The notes under the pieces: generated by a model
What the model saw: the letters and a program-made list of their open reading frames with translations, nothing else
Told to the model about the DNA's origin: nothing
Databases searched by the model: none
Source of the DNA: an uncultured delta proteobacterium
Lineage (GTDB): Bacteria; Desulfobacterota; Binatia; UBA9968
Length of the DNA: 64,000 nt
Direction: 5' to 3'
NCBI GenBank assembly: GCA_963745035.1
Contig: CAVUVW010000013.1
Coordinates: 1,888,001 to 1,952,000, forward strand
Translations under genes and position numbers: made by a program
Shown here: piece by piece, positions 50,482 through 61,951 of the stretch
How the letters are laid out: the number at the start of each line of letters is the position of its first letter
Position numbering within the stretch: the first letter of the stretch is position 1

Positions 50482-50859
50482 TTGGTAGCGGGACTATATG
50501 ACACTATCGGTCGCTATTGGTATCTATTCAAGCATTTAACGGCGGTCTCAGCCGGTCGTTTTACCGATTCGACCAAATAGTGGCATATAGTTCTGGCAAA
50601 GTTGTGACAAAGTAGAGATCCAATCCTCCTGTTTATCTGTCGTTACCGAGCTTCAAGGTCCCGGCTCGGAACGGAGATCAGGAGAGGCATCAATGGCAAA
50701 CATTTGAAAGGATGACAGTGCGCTTGCGAGGCTGAGGGTATCAATAGATGACTGCACTTATGGAATCAGTCATCTAGTCCAGCACAGGCTTGGCACAACG
50801 TAAGCTGGGTTTCTATGGGATAAGACTTGCTACAGTTCAAAGCCCAACAAAACACCGCT

Positions 50860-52810
50860 TCAATCATATGCGGTACGCGGCGACTGGGGCTTGTTTAGGT
50901 CATCTTGTCCATCCCGAAGCGTGCGAATCAGGTTACCCCGAATAATCAGATCCGAAATCTCCAAACGTGTCATGGCTTCGTTGTGGCGCTCCTGAAGGTT
51001 GGCACAAGGAACGGTCGATCCGTTCGATGCGGCGTAGCACGTTGAGAGGTTTATTGGACCATAGCGCTTCACAAGATAGTGCTCCCCATCGGCGAAGCTA
51101 CCGTCGCGGAATACAACTAACGAGGGCCGGTTCGCAGTAAGGTCCTGCCCGAGCATGATCGAACTAGAGTCGTTGACTCCCAGTAAGCCGAGGAGTGTCG
51201 GAGCAATATCCACCTGACCACCGGTAACAGAGCGAGTACCAGCGTGCTCTCCATTTGGCAGACGAATCAACAGCGGCACTCTCTTCATCGTTTGTAAGTC
51301 ACGAAGGCGATCTTCATGTGAGTAATTAAGAAGTCCTGGAAGGTCAGGTGCCAAGCCTGTGTACGCCCTGTGATCTCCATAGATTGCAAACACCGTCCGA
51401 TCCAATACTCCGTCGGCCCGCAGTTGTTCGACGAACTCTCCAATTGCCTGATCGAAGTAGTTGGAGGTGTGAAGGTAATCGCCAAGAATCGTTCCCTCCA
51501 GTTTCCCAAGGTTAAGGACACGTTGCTTGGGCAGAAGCTTGTATGGGTGATGATTAGAGGCGCTGAGAATGAACGCAAAGAACGGCTCGGCCAGGGCACG
51601 CAGCCGCGGAACTGTCTGATCGAAGAAATCACGATCTGCCATCCATGGACCGATCCGTTCCCGAATATTATAGCTATCTTCGAAGTAGGACTGCTGGATC
51701 CCGTACTTGCCGTGCATCACACGCATATACCAGAAGTCGGCATGCGCCGCGTGGGCTGACATCGTCGCGTATCCGCGCTTCCGTAGAATCGTTGGGAGTC
51801 CGTAAAAATCGTTATGGCGATAATGAGCCACGACTACACCAATTGGAACGGGGTGCAGCGCCTGTAACGCGAGGAACTCACCATCAGAAGTAGTGCCAAG
51901 GTGCGTTTGCTCATGAATATTATCGAAGTAGATACTTTCTTTTACGAGCCGGTTAAGGTGCGGCGAGATGGCCTGCCCGTTTACCTCCATCCCTATCAAG
52001 AATGTCTGAAACGATTCCGCGCTGATCAGGACCACGTTGCGATTCGCCGCTGCGCCGAAAAGCCGAGAGCGTGGCTTTCTCCGAGCATCTTCAATGAGGT
52101 AATCCCGCACACGCTGCACCTCTTCTGGCGGGACGACCAGGTTCCTGTAATTGGTCGTCAAGAAGGTATGCAGATCCCACGCATGGTATGGAAGCAGTCC
52201 AAGACTGGCAGTAACCTCGCGCGGCCAGTAGGCAAATGCCAACAATCCGGTCCTTTCCTGCGTAAGTAGGCGGACGCTGGGTGCGGCTACTATAGCGCTC
52301 AGCCCGCAGGCGATTAGAAAAGCCCCTAACATGTACGGCCACTGCAATGGTGGAGCATCACGGCTGTTGCGGATATAGACCGGCACGAGCAGCGCAGCGA
52401 CAATGATGTCCAAGTAGAGAACTCCGTAAGCAGGTTTGATTAATGCGAGGATGCTAGGAATCAGGGTTCCTAGATGCATCAAAGCAGTCTTGCTCATCCA
52501 TGCCGAAAGGGGACCCCCGTAGAATGTCGCATGGATCATATTTGCGACCACTAGTGTGGTCACCACAAAGTTGAGTATCAGTAGCAGTAGAAATCGAGGA
52601 GCGCGCGAAAACAGGAGCAGAGGCGTACAGACCAGGAGCAATGAGGCGAAATTGGCCCCGAGTACTTCCGGATGCAGTTGCAATAGTCCGCTCACGGCGA
52701 CCTTTGAAACCCACGTCACATCTACCGCCACGTGGAAAATCAACATCTTGATCCAGAGAAGACAAACAGTCGCGGTCAACGGCACCGCGTCCAGTAGGGC
52801 GGTGCGATTC
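50860..52810 (-). CDS. LTA synthase (LtaS/MdoB-like sulfatase superfamily) membrane protein; start uncertain
   Basis: About 5 TMs, then ISAESFQ, GTTSDGE, SNHHPY, YGDH and QVDIAPTLL. The ORF-track N-terminus is IS110-derived. Confidence 0.88.
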
Positions 52811-52815
52811 AGGGG

Positions 52816-53063
<248 letters not shown>

Positions 53064-53475
53064 TACATGACCCAGGCGCGATCGATCTGTCCCGGCCTAG
53101 TTAGGTTTGGTATGATACACCAAAATCAAGATAGAAGATGCTAAAAAGAATCCAGGCTTGCATAGCGAGAAGAGGAACAACCGTCTTCGCTTATTCCAAC
53201 GTCCGACGTTCGGGCTGCAGCTGAAATGATCTCGCCGATTCTAGTTAATTCGGTAATGAGGCTCTCATGCAAGTCACATCTGTGTCACATGAGGAATATT
53301 TCACGAAGTTGACAGCTCGTTGGCGGGAGTTCACGCCCGAGGAAATCGCACTGCTTTCAGTCTGATCTTAGGCTTTATGGCTCAAATCGTTCAGGGCTAC
53401 GCTCAGTCGGAATCGGTTAGCGGCCCTGCTCGTTATAGTTCTTCTGTTATTCAGAAGCTAAGTGAGGAGGCCTAG

Positions 53476-55437
53476 ATGACGATGCGGCGACGTCCTAAAA
53501 TCGCATTGAGCCTTTGCGCTGCCATTCTGGTGGCTGCTTGGGTAAGCGCTGGGCAGCCGTTAAAGACCTGGCTTTATTTCTTCACCCAATCACTGGTGCA
53601 GCTTGTGGAGGAGGTGGCGCAACAACGAGAAATACAGCGTGATCTCGCGGTCGGGCTGAGTTTCAGTGACGGCTCTCTGATCTCTACAGGTTTTAAAGGA
53701 ACAATCATTTATGTCTTAGGCGATTCGACCGCGCGGCGTCATCTCTCGCTCTACGGTTATCATAGGCAGACAACCCCGAAACTCAACCGGCTTCACGATT
53801 TCCTGCTGGTCCAGCAGGACACGAGCTCGCGATATTCGGACCCGACGCTGTCGCTGGCCGAGAACTTGAGTTCAGACATTCTCCGTCGAGAGGGCTCTCG
53901 AGAGAGTTACCGGTTGAATCTTATCACGGAACTGCGCCGGGCCGGATTCAAAACGTGGTGGCTTTCGAACAAAAACGATTTCAGAATGTGGGATGACCCA
54001 TCCTCTCTGATCGGCAAGCAAGCTCACGTCCAGCACTTCAGCATAAAGTCAGTCGGAACCTCGCTGTGGAGCGAGTTTTACGACGACCAACTGTTTCCAG
54101 ATCTGGACGCAGCGCTGCAAGATTCGGCTTCGAGAAAGTTTGTCGTCATGAATCTCTATGCCCTGCATTCGGGTTATTGTGACGGGATTCCGCAACAGTT
54201 CAGGAACGTTCTCAAGGAGGACGATGGCTTGGGCAAGAAATTCTTCGGCGATGCTCCAGACCTTAGCGCCCGCGTCAACTGCTATGATAATGCGGTTCGG
54301 TACGTCGACGACATTCTTGATCGGATCATCACCAAAGCAAAGTCGCAGACGACTCCTACCATCATGATCTATCTGTCCGTTCGCGGGGACAGTCCAGCCC
54401 AAAAAAGCTGGCGAAACCCGCTCGCACCCTCTAGTTATTACAATGAGGTGCCGCATTTATGGTACTTCAACAATGACGCACGTGAGGTACTGTCCCCCAA
54501 GATCACCGCGCTGAAGGCTAATTTGGATAAGCCTTATGCAGCGGGCGACATGTTCCACACGGTGCTCGATCTAGTTGGAGCCAATCCAATACAATACGAT
54601 GCCTCTCTTTCTATCGCTTCAAACGAGTTTCTATCACATTCACGAAAAACCGTCTCAGGCGGCGATTTGGGCCAGATCGTTTACCACGCACGCGGAGCGC
54701 TGGGTAAGATGGATTATCTTGAGATTGCACGTCTAGAGCTTGCATATGTAAAGGCGACGCGGCCGTTGGACTACAGAAAGTTAGGGGCCCATCGCGTTAA
54801 CACAATTGGCAAGTTGATAGAGGCAAAATCTCTTTTCGCAGGTGTAGAGGTTGACGTTGTATTTGACAACAAAGCTGGCGATTTCTTTGTCTACCATCCG
54901 CCCAAGGAAAGTCACGGCCTCAAGCTCCGAGAACTTCTACTTGCTGCGAAGGACCGCACTGACCTTTGGTTCTGGTTAGACTGGAAGAACGCCAAGGAAG
55001 AGTTTTTCGATGCGGCATTCGTTCGCCTCGTCGCTCTTGAGAAGGAGTTTTCGATTAAATCTCGGACCTTGGTAGAAACTGGATCAGATGCGATCTTTTC
55101 TTCACTGCGCGGTCTATCCAGGTCAGGATTTACCCATAGCTATTACGTACCCACACGTGAAGCAATCTTGTGCACGCAGCAACCTAGAGAAACGAAATGC
55201 GTCGAATTTGCAAAAGCGGTGGCCGCTCGTGCAAGGCAAATAGGAGCCGGTGTAATCAGCTTTGATGGTAACGCTTCCCAGTTTATCAACGCGAATATGC
55301 ATAACTTCGCAGACTTGCGAATTGCGAGTTGGCAGCTTAATCTATCCGCTTCCGATCAAGGCTTCTCATCTAAGATCGGCCCTCTCGATGGAATCGATAT
55401 CCTACTTGTCAGATTCCCTTCCGTTTTTTCTTATTAA
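53476..55437 (+). CDS. Phosphoethanolamine-transferase-like sulfatase domain fused to a C-terminal PLC/GDPD-like phosphodiesterase domain
   Basis: YVLGDSTAR.HLSLYGY.R.TTP, AGFKTWWLSN and CYDNAVRYVD; C-terminal AHRVN..GVEVDV..YHP..WLDWKN. Confidence 0.7.
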   Translation: MTMRRRPKIALSLCAAILVAAWVSAGQPLKTWLYFFTQSLVQLVEEVAQQREIQRDLAVGLSFSDGSLISTGFKGTIIYVLGDSTARRHLSLYGYHRQTTPKLNRLHDFLLVQQDTSSRYSDPTLSLAENLSSDILRREGSRESYRLNLITELRRAGFKTWWLSNKNDFRMWDDPSSLIGKQAHVQHFSIKSVGTSLWSEFYDDQLFPDLDAALQDSASRKFVVMNLYALHSGYCDGIPQQFRNVLKEDDGLGKKFFGDAPDLSARVNCYDNAVRYVDDILDRIITKAKSQTTPTIMIYLSVRGDSPAQKSWRNPLAPSSYYNEVPHLWYFNNDAREVLSPKITALKANLDKPYAAGDMFHTVLDLVGANPIQYDASLSIASNEFLSHSRKTVSGGDLGQIVYHARGALGKMDYLEIARLELAYVKATRPLDYRKLGAHRVNTIGKLIEAKSLFAGVEVDVVFDNKAGDFFVYHPPKESHGLKLRELLLAAKDRTDLWFWLDWKNAKEEFFDAAFVRLVALEKEFSIKSRTLVETGSDAIFSSLRGLSRSGFTHSYYVPTREAILCTQQPRETKCVEFAKAVAARARQIGAGVISFDGNASQFINANMHNFADLRIASWQLNLSASDQGFSSKIGPLDGIDILLVRFPSVFSY

Positions 55438-56264
55438 TGATGCTGGCATCCGCCTCACGCAAACGGTCAAAAGGAACTTTCAACAGTGGTCGGTCTCGGC
55501 CTCGACAGTCACATCTTCGAGTTCGATTTTTTCTTCGCGCATGAAGGTTACACACGTCCTGCAGTCGGGCTGGCTATTTTCGTTCTAGCGATCTTGTAGC
55601 AACAAGTCTTCGCCAGTTTTAATCGCCTGATACAACGTGCCCAGCCGGATGATTTGTGCGATGAGCTCGGTGCGGGTCGCCTGACTATCTTTAAGCCGCC
55701 CGAGCTCTGCGGCTAGGGTATCCATCAGCTTGTCGACCAATTCCAATTGTTCTTTTGTGTCCGTGGCTTCACCCCGCTCTAATGACTTTGGTCATTCGCA
55801 CGACTAGTTTAAGAGCGAGCGCCTTCCCCCGAATCACCAGTCACGCCATCTGATAATTACAAACCACGCACGTCCGTTCACCGCTTGTACACGCACATTC
55901 TTCGCCGGCTCACGCACCGTGATTCCGACGTATCCGCCGCAACGCGGTCATGCTCCGGCGAGATAGCGGCCATAGCTCAGGCGTACAGGTAAACCGTCCA
56001 GGTACACACCGAAACCGTTGCGATAGTGAGCCAGAAAAGGCCTCGACGATAGGGCATTGTCCACCTCCAGAATTACGCGGAGACATAGCGCGTTTGAGTG
56101 AGACAGGTCAACCAACCAGCTCGAAAGGGGCCCTTTCACTCAAGCAATATTATGACAGGCTGTATTTAGTGAGCACGAAGAAGCAGTCGAGTTGAAGGCT
56201 GTTCGAGCGAAAGGGTTGCCCATACATGTTCGTTTAAGGAGGCCGCAATAATAGGAGATTCGAT

Positions 56265-57263
56265 ATGCGAAACCTCATTCGAGCTATCGGTCTTATATCG
56301 GTCTTATTCTACTTCCCTGACATGGGTACAGGGGCTCCGTTTGCCTACATCACAAACCTAGAGGACAACACCGTCTCGGTTATCGACACGGCTTCGAATG
56401 ATGTGAAGACGGTGCAGGTGGGAACTCGCCCTAAAGGAGTTGCGGTACACCCCGATGGGAGCCGTGTCTACGTAGCAAATTCCATCGACCATACCGTCTC
56501 TGTGATCAACACAGCTTCGAATACTGCGATAGCAGCGGTCGCAGTTGGGAATTCCCCTGAGGGTGTGGCGGTAAACGCTGATGGGAGCCGTGCCTACGTG
56601 ACAAGCAACGGCGATAGCACCGTCTCTGTCATCGATACGGCTTCAAACACTGTGATAGCAAGAGTAGTGGTGGGAAGGTTCCCTTTAGGCGCGGCGATAC
56701 AACCTAATGGGAGCCGTGTCTATGTGGCAAACGCGATGGACAACACTGTCTCTGTCATCAATACGGCCTCAAACACTGTGATAGCGACGGTGCCGGTGGA
56801 GAGTTTCCCTTACGGCGCGGCTGTACACTCTGATGGGAGCCGTGTCTATGTGACAAATAGGAACAGCAACACCATGTCGATTATCAACACGGCTTCGAAT
56901 ACAGTTGTGGGAACCGTGGAGGTAGGAGTTTGGCCCATTGGAGTTGCGGTACACGGTAGCGGGAGCCGTGTCTACGTGACAAACTCCCTCGACAACACCC
57001 TCTCGGTTATAGACACGGCTTCGAACACGGTCGTGAGATGGGTGGGAGTGGGAATTAGTCCTGGTGGAGTTGCAGTACACCCTGACGGGAAACTTGTGTA
57101 CGTGGCAAACACAGGCTCAAATACCATCACTCTGATCGCCACGGCCCCAAGCTTTCCCCTGGGGACCGTCGCGGTGGGACGTAGGCCTTTCGCGTTCGGG
57201 CATTTCATAGGACCCGGCGTAGTGCCGTCCGCAGCAGCCCCTCAAAGATTGCAGTTGCGGTAG
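56265..57263 (+). CDS. Secreted YVTN/YncE-family 7-bladed beta-propeller protein
   Basis: Signal peptide and about 7 repeats of GSRVYVTN....TVSVIDTASNTV. Confidence 0.92.
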   Translation: MRNLIRAIGLISVLFYFPDMGTGAPFAYITNLEDNTVSVIDTASNDVKTVQVGTRPKGVAVHPDGSRVYVANSIDHTVSVINTASNTAIAAVAVGNSPEGVAVNADGSRAYVTSNGDSTVSVIDTASNTVIARVVVGRFPLGAAIQPNGSRVYVANAMDNTVSVINTASNTVIATVPVESFPYGAAVHSDGSRVYVTNRNSNTMSIINTASNTVVGTVEVGVWPIGVAVHGSGSRVYVTNSLDNTLSVIDTASNTVVRWVGVGISPGGVAVHPDGKLVYVANTGSNTITLIATAPSFPLGTVAVGRRPFAFGHFIGPGVVPSAAAPQRLQLR

Positions 57264-57469
57264 GAAGATCCATCAGCCTACGTGCGATGGCTTCGGTCGG
57301 CTTAAGCGATTCTAATCTCTTGACCGTAATTTGAGATACTCCCTGCGTCAGAAATGAATTTGCATGATTTGGAACGAAGACAATCTTGTAGAATTCGCAT
57401 CCAGTGCCCTTGCTAGGGCGCGGTACCGTTGTAGCGCCACTTCAATGATCGTCCCGCATCGATTCAGAG

Positions 57470-57628
57470 CGACACGAGGACTAGTGGTCCTCTTCCCGCC
57501 CCGAACACGGAAGTCAAACCGGGCGCGAAAACGCAAACCCTCATAGAGCAGTTTCCACGCTCGGTCAGGACAATCACCCGCGACGCCGGGAGAACGGCTC
57601 TTTTGCTCCAAAACGTAAACAGCAGCAC
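57470..57628 (-). repeat. tRNA-Phe-derived att-like core plus ~130 bp arm, copy A
   Basis: cgacacgagga-CTAGTGG-tcctct, followed by ...atagagcagtttcc...acgccgggagaacggctc...agcagcac. Confidence 0.7.
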
Positions 57629-57648
57629 GGCGCGCATTGCTTAATGCC

Positions 57649-58077
57649 TTATTTAATCCGAAATACCGGGTGTCGAGGCGCTTCGAGGGCGAAATCTCTC
57701 AGATCAGAATGTACCGTTACGTCAAAGAATGGTCGAACCACTGGAACCTGTGCAAGATACGTTTTCAGGACGGGAGCCGCTTCTTCAGCCGGAAGTTCCT
57801 GGACCTTTACAATCTCAGATCGCCGACCACGTTGCAGCGTGACTTGGCCCGCTGCACGAGCGTTTCTCACCCAACCAACCTCACCGTAGGGCGCGACAAG
57901 CCAGCGCTGCCGCTCGTGTTCGACGAGTGTCACCGGGGTTGAGTAGGAGCGACCCGTTTTTCTTCCTCTAACCGTTAGGAGATAGGTATGCGGAGGACTC
58001 ATGTCCAGTCGCAACAAGGCGCGGATGATCAAGTTCACTAGCTTGCGCCATGTCCCTAAGTGGTATGCCCAAGCCAT
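57649..58077 (-). CDS. Deazaflavin (F420)-dependent nitroreductase family protein (DDN/DUF385), copy 1
   Basis: LLTVRGRKTG..STPV, WVRNARAAG and HPVFRI. Confidence 0.88.
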   Translation of the reverse strand: MAWAYHLGTWRKLVNLIIRALLRLDMSPPHTYLLTVRGRKTGRSYSTPVTLVEHERQRWLVAPYGEVGWVRNARAAGQVTLQRGRRSEIVKVQELPAEEAAPVLKTYLAQVPVVRPFFDVTVHSDLRDFALEAPRHPVFRIK

Positions 58078-58177
58078 ATTGCGTTCAGATACAGCAGTTT
58101 CAAAACCGGTACTCGTCTTTTTCGCGTCTCACCGCATACTCGACTAAGAAAGCCGAAGACAGAAGGGTCTCGCCACT

Positions 58178-59137
58178 TTATAGCTGTGTTTTTCTTAGTT
58201 CGTTTTGTGCCTGCTTTAGAATGCTCAGGTCTGCGACTTCATTGAGAGGAACTTCGCGTGTGATCTTAGCAATTTTTTTGTTTTCCTCAATCACAAAACG
58301 CAATCCTTTCTCGGGAAGACCGCCATCGTCGCTAAATAATTTGCCCAATGAATTGTACGTGTTGACGGCGCTGTCCCTGTTCGTTTTTTGCCAATCGATC
58401 AGGAATTGAATGGTGCCTTCGCGTTCTGCTCTGATATAGCGGCTCGCCTTGATCCCGGCCTTGATGACGCGTTTCACTTCATCAGGTTTAAGTTTGATTT
58501 TGCTGATTGTGGTGGTCAACCCGGCGTCCGGATAGCTAAAGAGCTCATACGTTTTAGCGAGCACGTGAAAGCCCATCTTCACGCCTTCTGCATCTGCGGG
58601 CACACTAAATACACTGCCGGCGATCAGCCCCTGCTTCATGGCAGCAAATCGGTTTTCTGCCGCCGCGCCGAGAGCGAGAAATTTGACATCTTTGTCGGGG
58701 TCCAAACCAAAGTGCCTGAGAACAAGCCGCGCCATTACCTCCGGTGCCCCGCCGAACGTGCTCGTGCCCAACGTTTGTCCCCGGAGGTCGTGGACTGATT
58801 TTATATCCGGACGGGCGATTAGAGCGGAAGGATGTACTGGTAAAAAGCTCGCTGTCGCCCTGACGGGCAGTCCCTGCATTGCTGAACGAACGGCGAAACC
58901 GATCGCTCCCCAGTAGTCGAGTTCACCGCTCACTAACGCCGCCATTGCGACCTGCCCAAAGATCCGAATGTGTTCGACTTCCAATTTCTCTTCCGCGAAG
59001 AAGCCCTTTTTGTGGGCCAAGGGAAACGTCATGAATTGCGCACCGATGTTAGGGATACCGATCCTGATTCGATCAGCAGCACTCGATGACGTGCAAAGTA
59101 GAACCACGCTGAGAAATCCTACAATGAGCTTGTACAT
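58178..59137 (-). CDS. ABC transporter substrate-binding protein, NitT/TauT family
   Basis: Signal peptide; KKGFFAEE, ALVSGELDY and GLDPDKDV. Confidence 0.87.
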   Translation of the reverse strand: MYKLIVGFLSVVLLCTSSSAADRIRIGIPNIGAQFMTFPLAHKKGFFAEEKLEVEHIRIFGQVAMAALVSGELDYWGAIGFAVRSAMQGLPVRATASFLPVHPSALIARPDIKSVHDLRGQTLGTSTFGGAPEVMARLVLRHFGLDPDKDVKFLALGAAAENRFAAMKQGLIAGSVFSVPADAEGVKMGFHVLAKTYELFSYPDAGLTTTISKIKLKPDEVKRVIKAGIKASRYIRAEREGTIQFLIDWQKTNRDSAVNTYNSLGKLFSDDGGLPEKGLRFVIEENKKIAKITREVPLNEVADLSILKQAQNELRKTQL

Positions 59138-59551
59138 AAAAATCCTTTCTACTCTGTAGTTAGAAGATTCTCATCAATGCCTGCAAACGCAGACCCAGCT
59201 CATTGAAGAAGCTCGTTTGCGATCTGAACCCATGGGTGTAATTCATGCATCATTCGATGAGGGCTCGGTTATAACATGTTTGCCATGGGCTACCGGACCC
59301 ACGTTAGTCGGACTCCAGTACAAGTGGTCCGGGTCTGTCAAGAGTTGCTTTTGTACTACACGGGTGGGGAACGATCGGCATTCGGGAGTACGATCAAACC
59401 CAAGTTTTGATCAGATACTCAGGACGATACGGATTGACATTGGTGTAACAGCCACACTACGCTGCTGCCCGACCGAACTGTCCAGCATATGTTTAGTCGA
59501 GCACGTATTGAATGATCCAGAGTGACCGCTGGAGATTGGAGGCGTGGAATT

Positions 59552-60652
59552 ATGGCATTGGTCGATCAAAATAAAATTAAACGCTCAGGTGTTGGGCTAC
59601 GTGCATGTGATCGCGACGGAGCCTTTGCGGGCTTTACACTATTCACGCCAATCAGCGGCACAGGTAAGGTTTACCTGATCGATTTGGCTGGAGAGGTCGT
59701 CCATACCTGGCAGATGCCTTATCCCCCAGGCATTTACGGTTATCTCACCGATAGGGGCACGTTTTTCTATAACGGCAAAACGGTCGAGAACTCGACGCGC
59801 TTCATCAGCAGCAAACCCTGGAAAGGCGGTGCGGCACTCGAAGCTGACTGGAACGGTCGTGTTCTTTGGGAGGTGCACCACCCAGATCATCACCACGATG
59901 GAATAAGGCTCAGGAATGGCAACGTGTTACTGATATGTCTCGCTTCGCTCCCCAACGATATAGTCCCAAAGATTCAAGGCGGACTCGTCGGCACCGAACA
60001 TAACGGCGAGATATATGCAGATTATCTCGTCGAGATGACTACCAGCGGCCAAATTGTGTGGGAATGGCGGAGCTGGGAGCACCTTGACCCTGGAACAGAT
60101 CGCATCATCGCCGTGCAAGATCCTCGAGATGAATGGACGCATGCAAACGGTCTCGCCGAGCTAACGAACGGCAACATCGTTGTGAGTTTTCGCCACATCT
60201 CGACGGTGATCATCATCGATCGTAAGACAGGCAATATTGTTTGGAAACTTGGAGCGCCTCCTTTGTCCGGCCAGCATGCACCGACGCCGCTGCCGAATGG
60301 CAAACTCTTGATCTTTGACAACGGGCCGCACCGTCTGGATCACACGATGCCATTTTCTCGCATAATCGAAGTGGAATTAGCAACTAAACAAATTGTTTGG
60401 AAATACCAGGAACGGCGGGAGTATGAATTTTTCAGCCCACGCATCTCAAACGCACAGCGATTGCCGAACGGCAACACCTTAATCTGCGAGGGTGACTTCG
60501 GACGCTTGTTTGAAGTAACTGCTGAAGGCGAATTGGTTTGGGAGTACGTCAACCCGTTTTTCAGCGAAGGCCCAAATGGTTTAAACAACCGCGTTTTTCG
60601 TGCGTACAGATACAGCGCGGATGAGATTGAGACAGCCAAGGCGAATGCGTGA
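59552..60652 (+). CDS. Aryl-sulfate sulfotransferase (ASST) family beta-propeller
   Basis: HHHD, WTHAN, GQH, FDNG, SNAQRLPNGNTLI and FRAYRY. Confidence 0.85.
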   Translation: MALVDQNKIKRSGVGLRACDRDGAFAGFTLFTPISGTGKVYLIDLAGEVVHTWQMPYPPGIYGYLTDRGTFFYNGKTVENSTRFISSKPWKGGAALEADWNGRVLWEVHHPDHHHDGIRLRNGNVLLICLASLPNDIVPKIQGGLVGTEHNGEIYADYLVEMTTSGQIVWEWRSWEHLDPGTDRIIAVQDPRDEWTHANGLAELTNGNIVVSFRHISTVIIIDRKTGNIVWKLGAPPLSGQHAPTPLPNGKLLIFDNGPHRLDHTMPFSRIIEVELATKQIVWKYQERREYEFFSPRISNAQRLPNGNTLICEGDFGRLFEVTAEGELVWEYVNPFFSEGPNGLNNRVFRAYRYSADEIETAKANA

Positions 60653-60659
60653 AATCAAC

Positions 60660-60735
60660 CCCACCGCGGCGGGAAACGCTCCATGCCCCACAATGTCAAG
60701 TAGCACCTGGCAGCGGTCCAGGACTCATGCTGAGT
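60660..60735 (-). repeat. Partial arm repeat, copy C
   Basis: ctccatgccccacaatgtcaagtagcacctggcagcggtccag is close to 63445-63484. Confidence 0.65.
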
Positions 60736-60857
60736 TCCAGTGCCGCTGTCCGCTCTTTATCTCTTGTCGTTTGGATTAGCGCAGCGGTAATGAGCTTGCC
60801 CGTAGCATTTGCCGATGTTAGTCTAGGCGCCACTCTGTATATTCATACTGAACGGGA

Positions 60858-61254
60858 GTGAAGTTTGGAAGGACTGGTTGGCTTCATGTTAGAGGGAAAT
60901 CGGGGGGTCTATCGGCCTGTCGCTTCCGTCACATTCGACGAAGCCGTCGCCCAGGTCCGCGCCGCTATCGCATTTGCCTGCTCAACCAGGATCAAGGACT
61001 TGTTGGTCGATACTACGGCGCTGACTGGGTTCGCTTCGCCCGATACATTCCAGCGGTTCTTGGCCGCCGTGGCATGGGCGGGAGAGGCGAATGGGCGATT
61101 GCGCTTGGCGATGGTTGCTCGTGAGGAGATGATCGACCGCAAAAGATTCGGGGTGACGGTTGCGAGAAACCGTGGATTGGTCAGCAATATCTTTAGCACC
61201 GAGGCGGAGGCCCGCGCCTGGCTCGACCGTTTCTTGCCGGAGCCAGGGAGATGA
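60858..61254 (+). CDS. Hypothetical STAS/SpoIIAA-like protein (probable +1 frameshift near the start)
   Basis: LLVDTTAL, LAMV, FGVTVARNRGL..IFSTEAEARAWL; GGGAG precedes GTG 60858. Confidence 0.6.
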
Positions 61255-61334
61255 TGACTATTAAGCGGTTAACGATTGATGCTCTATCGAATGCACGCAT
61301 CTGTTCTACAAGCGTGAAGTGGTTTATAACGCAT

Positions 61335-61484
61335 GAACCACCCGACACGAGGATTATTGATCCTCTTCCCGCCCCGACCACGGAAGTCAAACCGGGCGTA
61401 GAAAACGCAAGCCTCAATAGAGCAGTTTCCAAAAAATCCGCTACGCCGGTAGAACGGCTCTCTGCCCCAGAAGCGTAGCAGCAC
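61335..61484 (-). repeat. tRNA-Phe-derived att-like core plus arm, copy B
   Basis: gaaccacccgacacgagga-TTATTGA-tcctct (minus strand TCCTCGTGTCGGGTGGTTC), followed by the same arm as copy A. Confidence 0.75.
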
Positions 61485-61504
61485 GACGCGCACTGCTTAA
61501 TGCC

Positions 61505-61933
61505 TTATTTAATCCGAAATACCGGATGTCGAGGCGCTTCGAGGGCGAAATCTCTCAGATCAGAATGTACCGTTACGTCAAAGAATGGTCGAACCACCGG
61601 AACCTGAGCAAGATATGTTTTCAAGACGGAAGCCGCTTCTTCAGCCGGAAGTTCCTGGAGCTTTACAGTCTCAGATCGCCGACCACGCTGCAGGGTGACT
61701 TGCCCCGCTGCACGAGCGTTTCTCACCCAACCAACCTCGCCGTAGGGCGCGACAAGCCAGCGCTGCCGCTCGCGTTCGACGAGTGTCACCGGGGTTGAGT
61801 AGGAGCGACCCGTTTTTCTTCCTCTAACCGTTAGGAGATAGGTATGCGGAGGACTCATGTCCAGTCGCAACAAGGCGCGGACGATCAAGTTCACTAGCTT
61901 GCGCCATGTCCCTAAGTGGTATGCCCAAGCCAT
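61505..61933 (-). CDS. Deazaflavin (F420)-dependent nitroreductase family protein, copy 2
   Basis: 137 of 142 aa identical to copy 1; GGAGG RBS. Confidence 0.9.
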   Translation of the reverse strand: MAWAYHLGTWRKLVNLIVRALLRLDMSPPHTYLLTVRGRKTGRSYSTPVTLVERERQRWLVAPYGEVGWVRNARAAGQVTLQRGRRSETVKLQELPAEEAASVLKTYLAQVPVVRPFFDVTVHSDLRDFALEAPRHPVFRIK

Positions 61934-61951
61934 GCTGCCTCCGGCAGGAAA

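Noticed and set aside
50791-50805. sigma54-like motif TGGCACAACGTAAGC
   Set aside because: Points into the 3' end of a convergent gene with no downstream ORF.
55980-56230. Riboswitch upstream of the YVTN gene
   Set aside because: GAAA-loop hairpins are present but do not match c-di-GMP or other aptamer consensus by eye.
56340-57150. ~126-bp DNA repeats
   Set aside because: They are the coding YVTN propeller blades.
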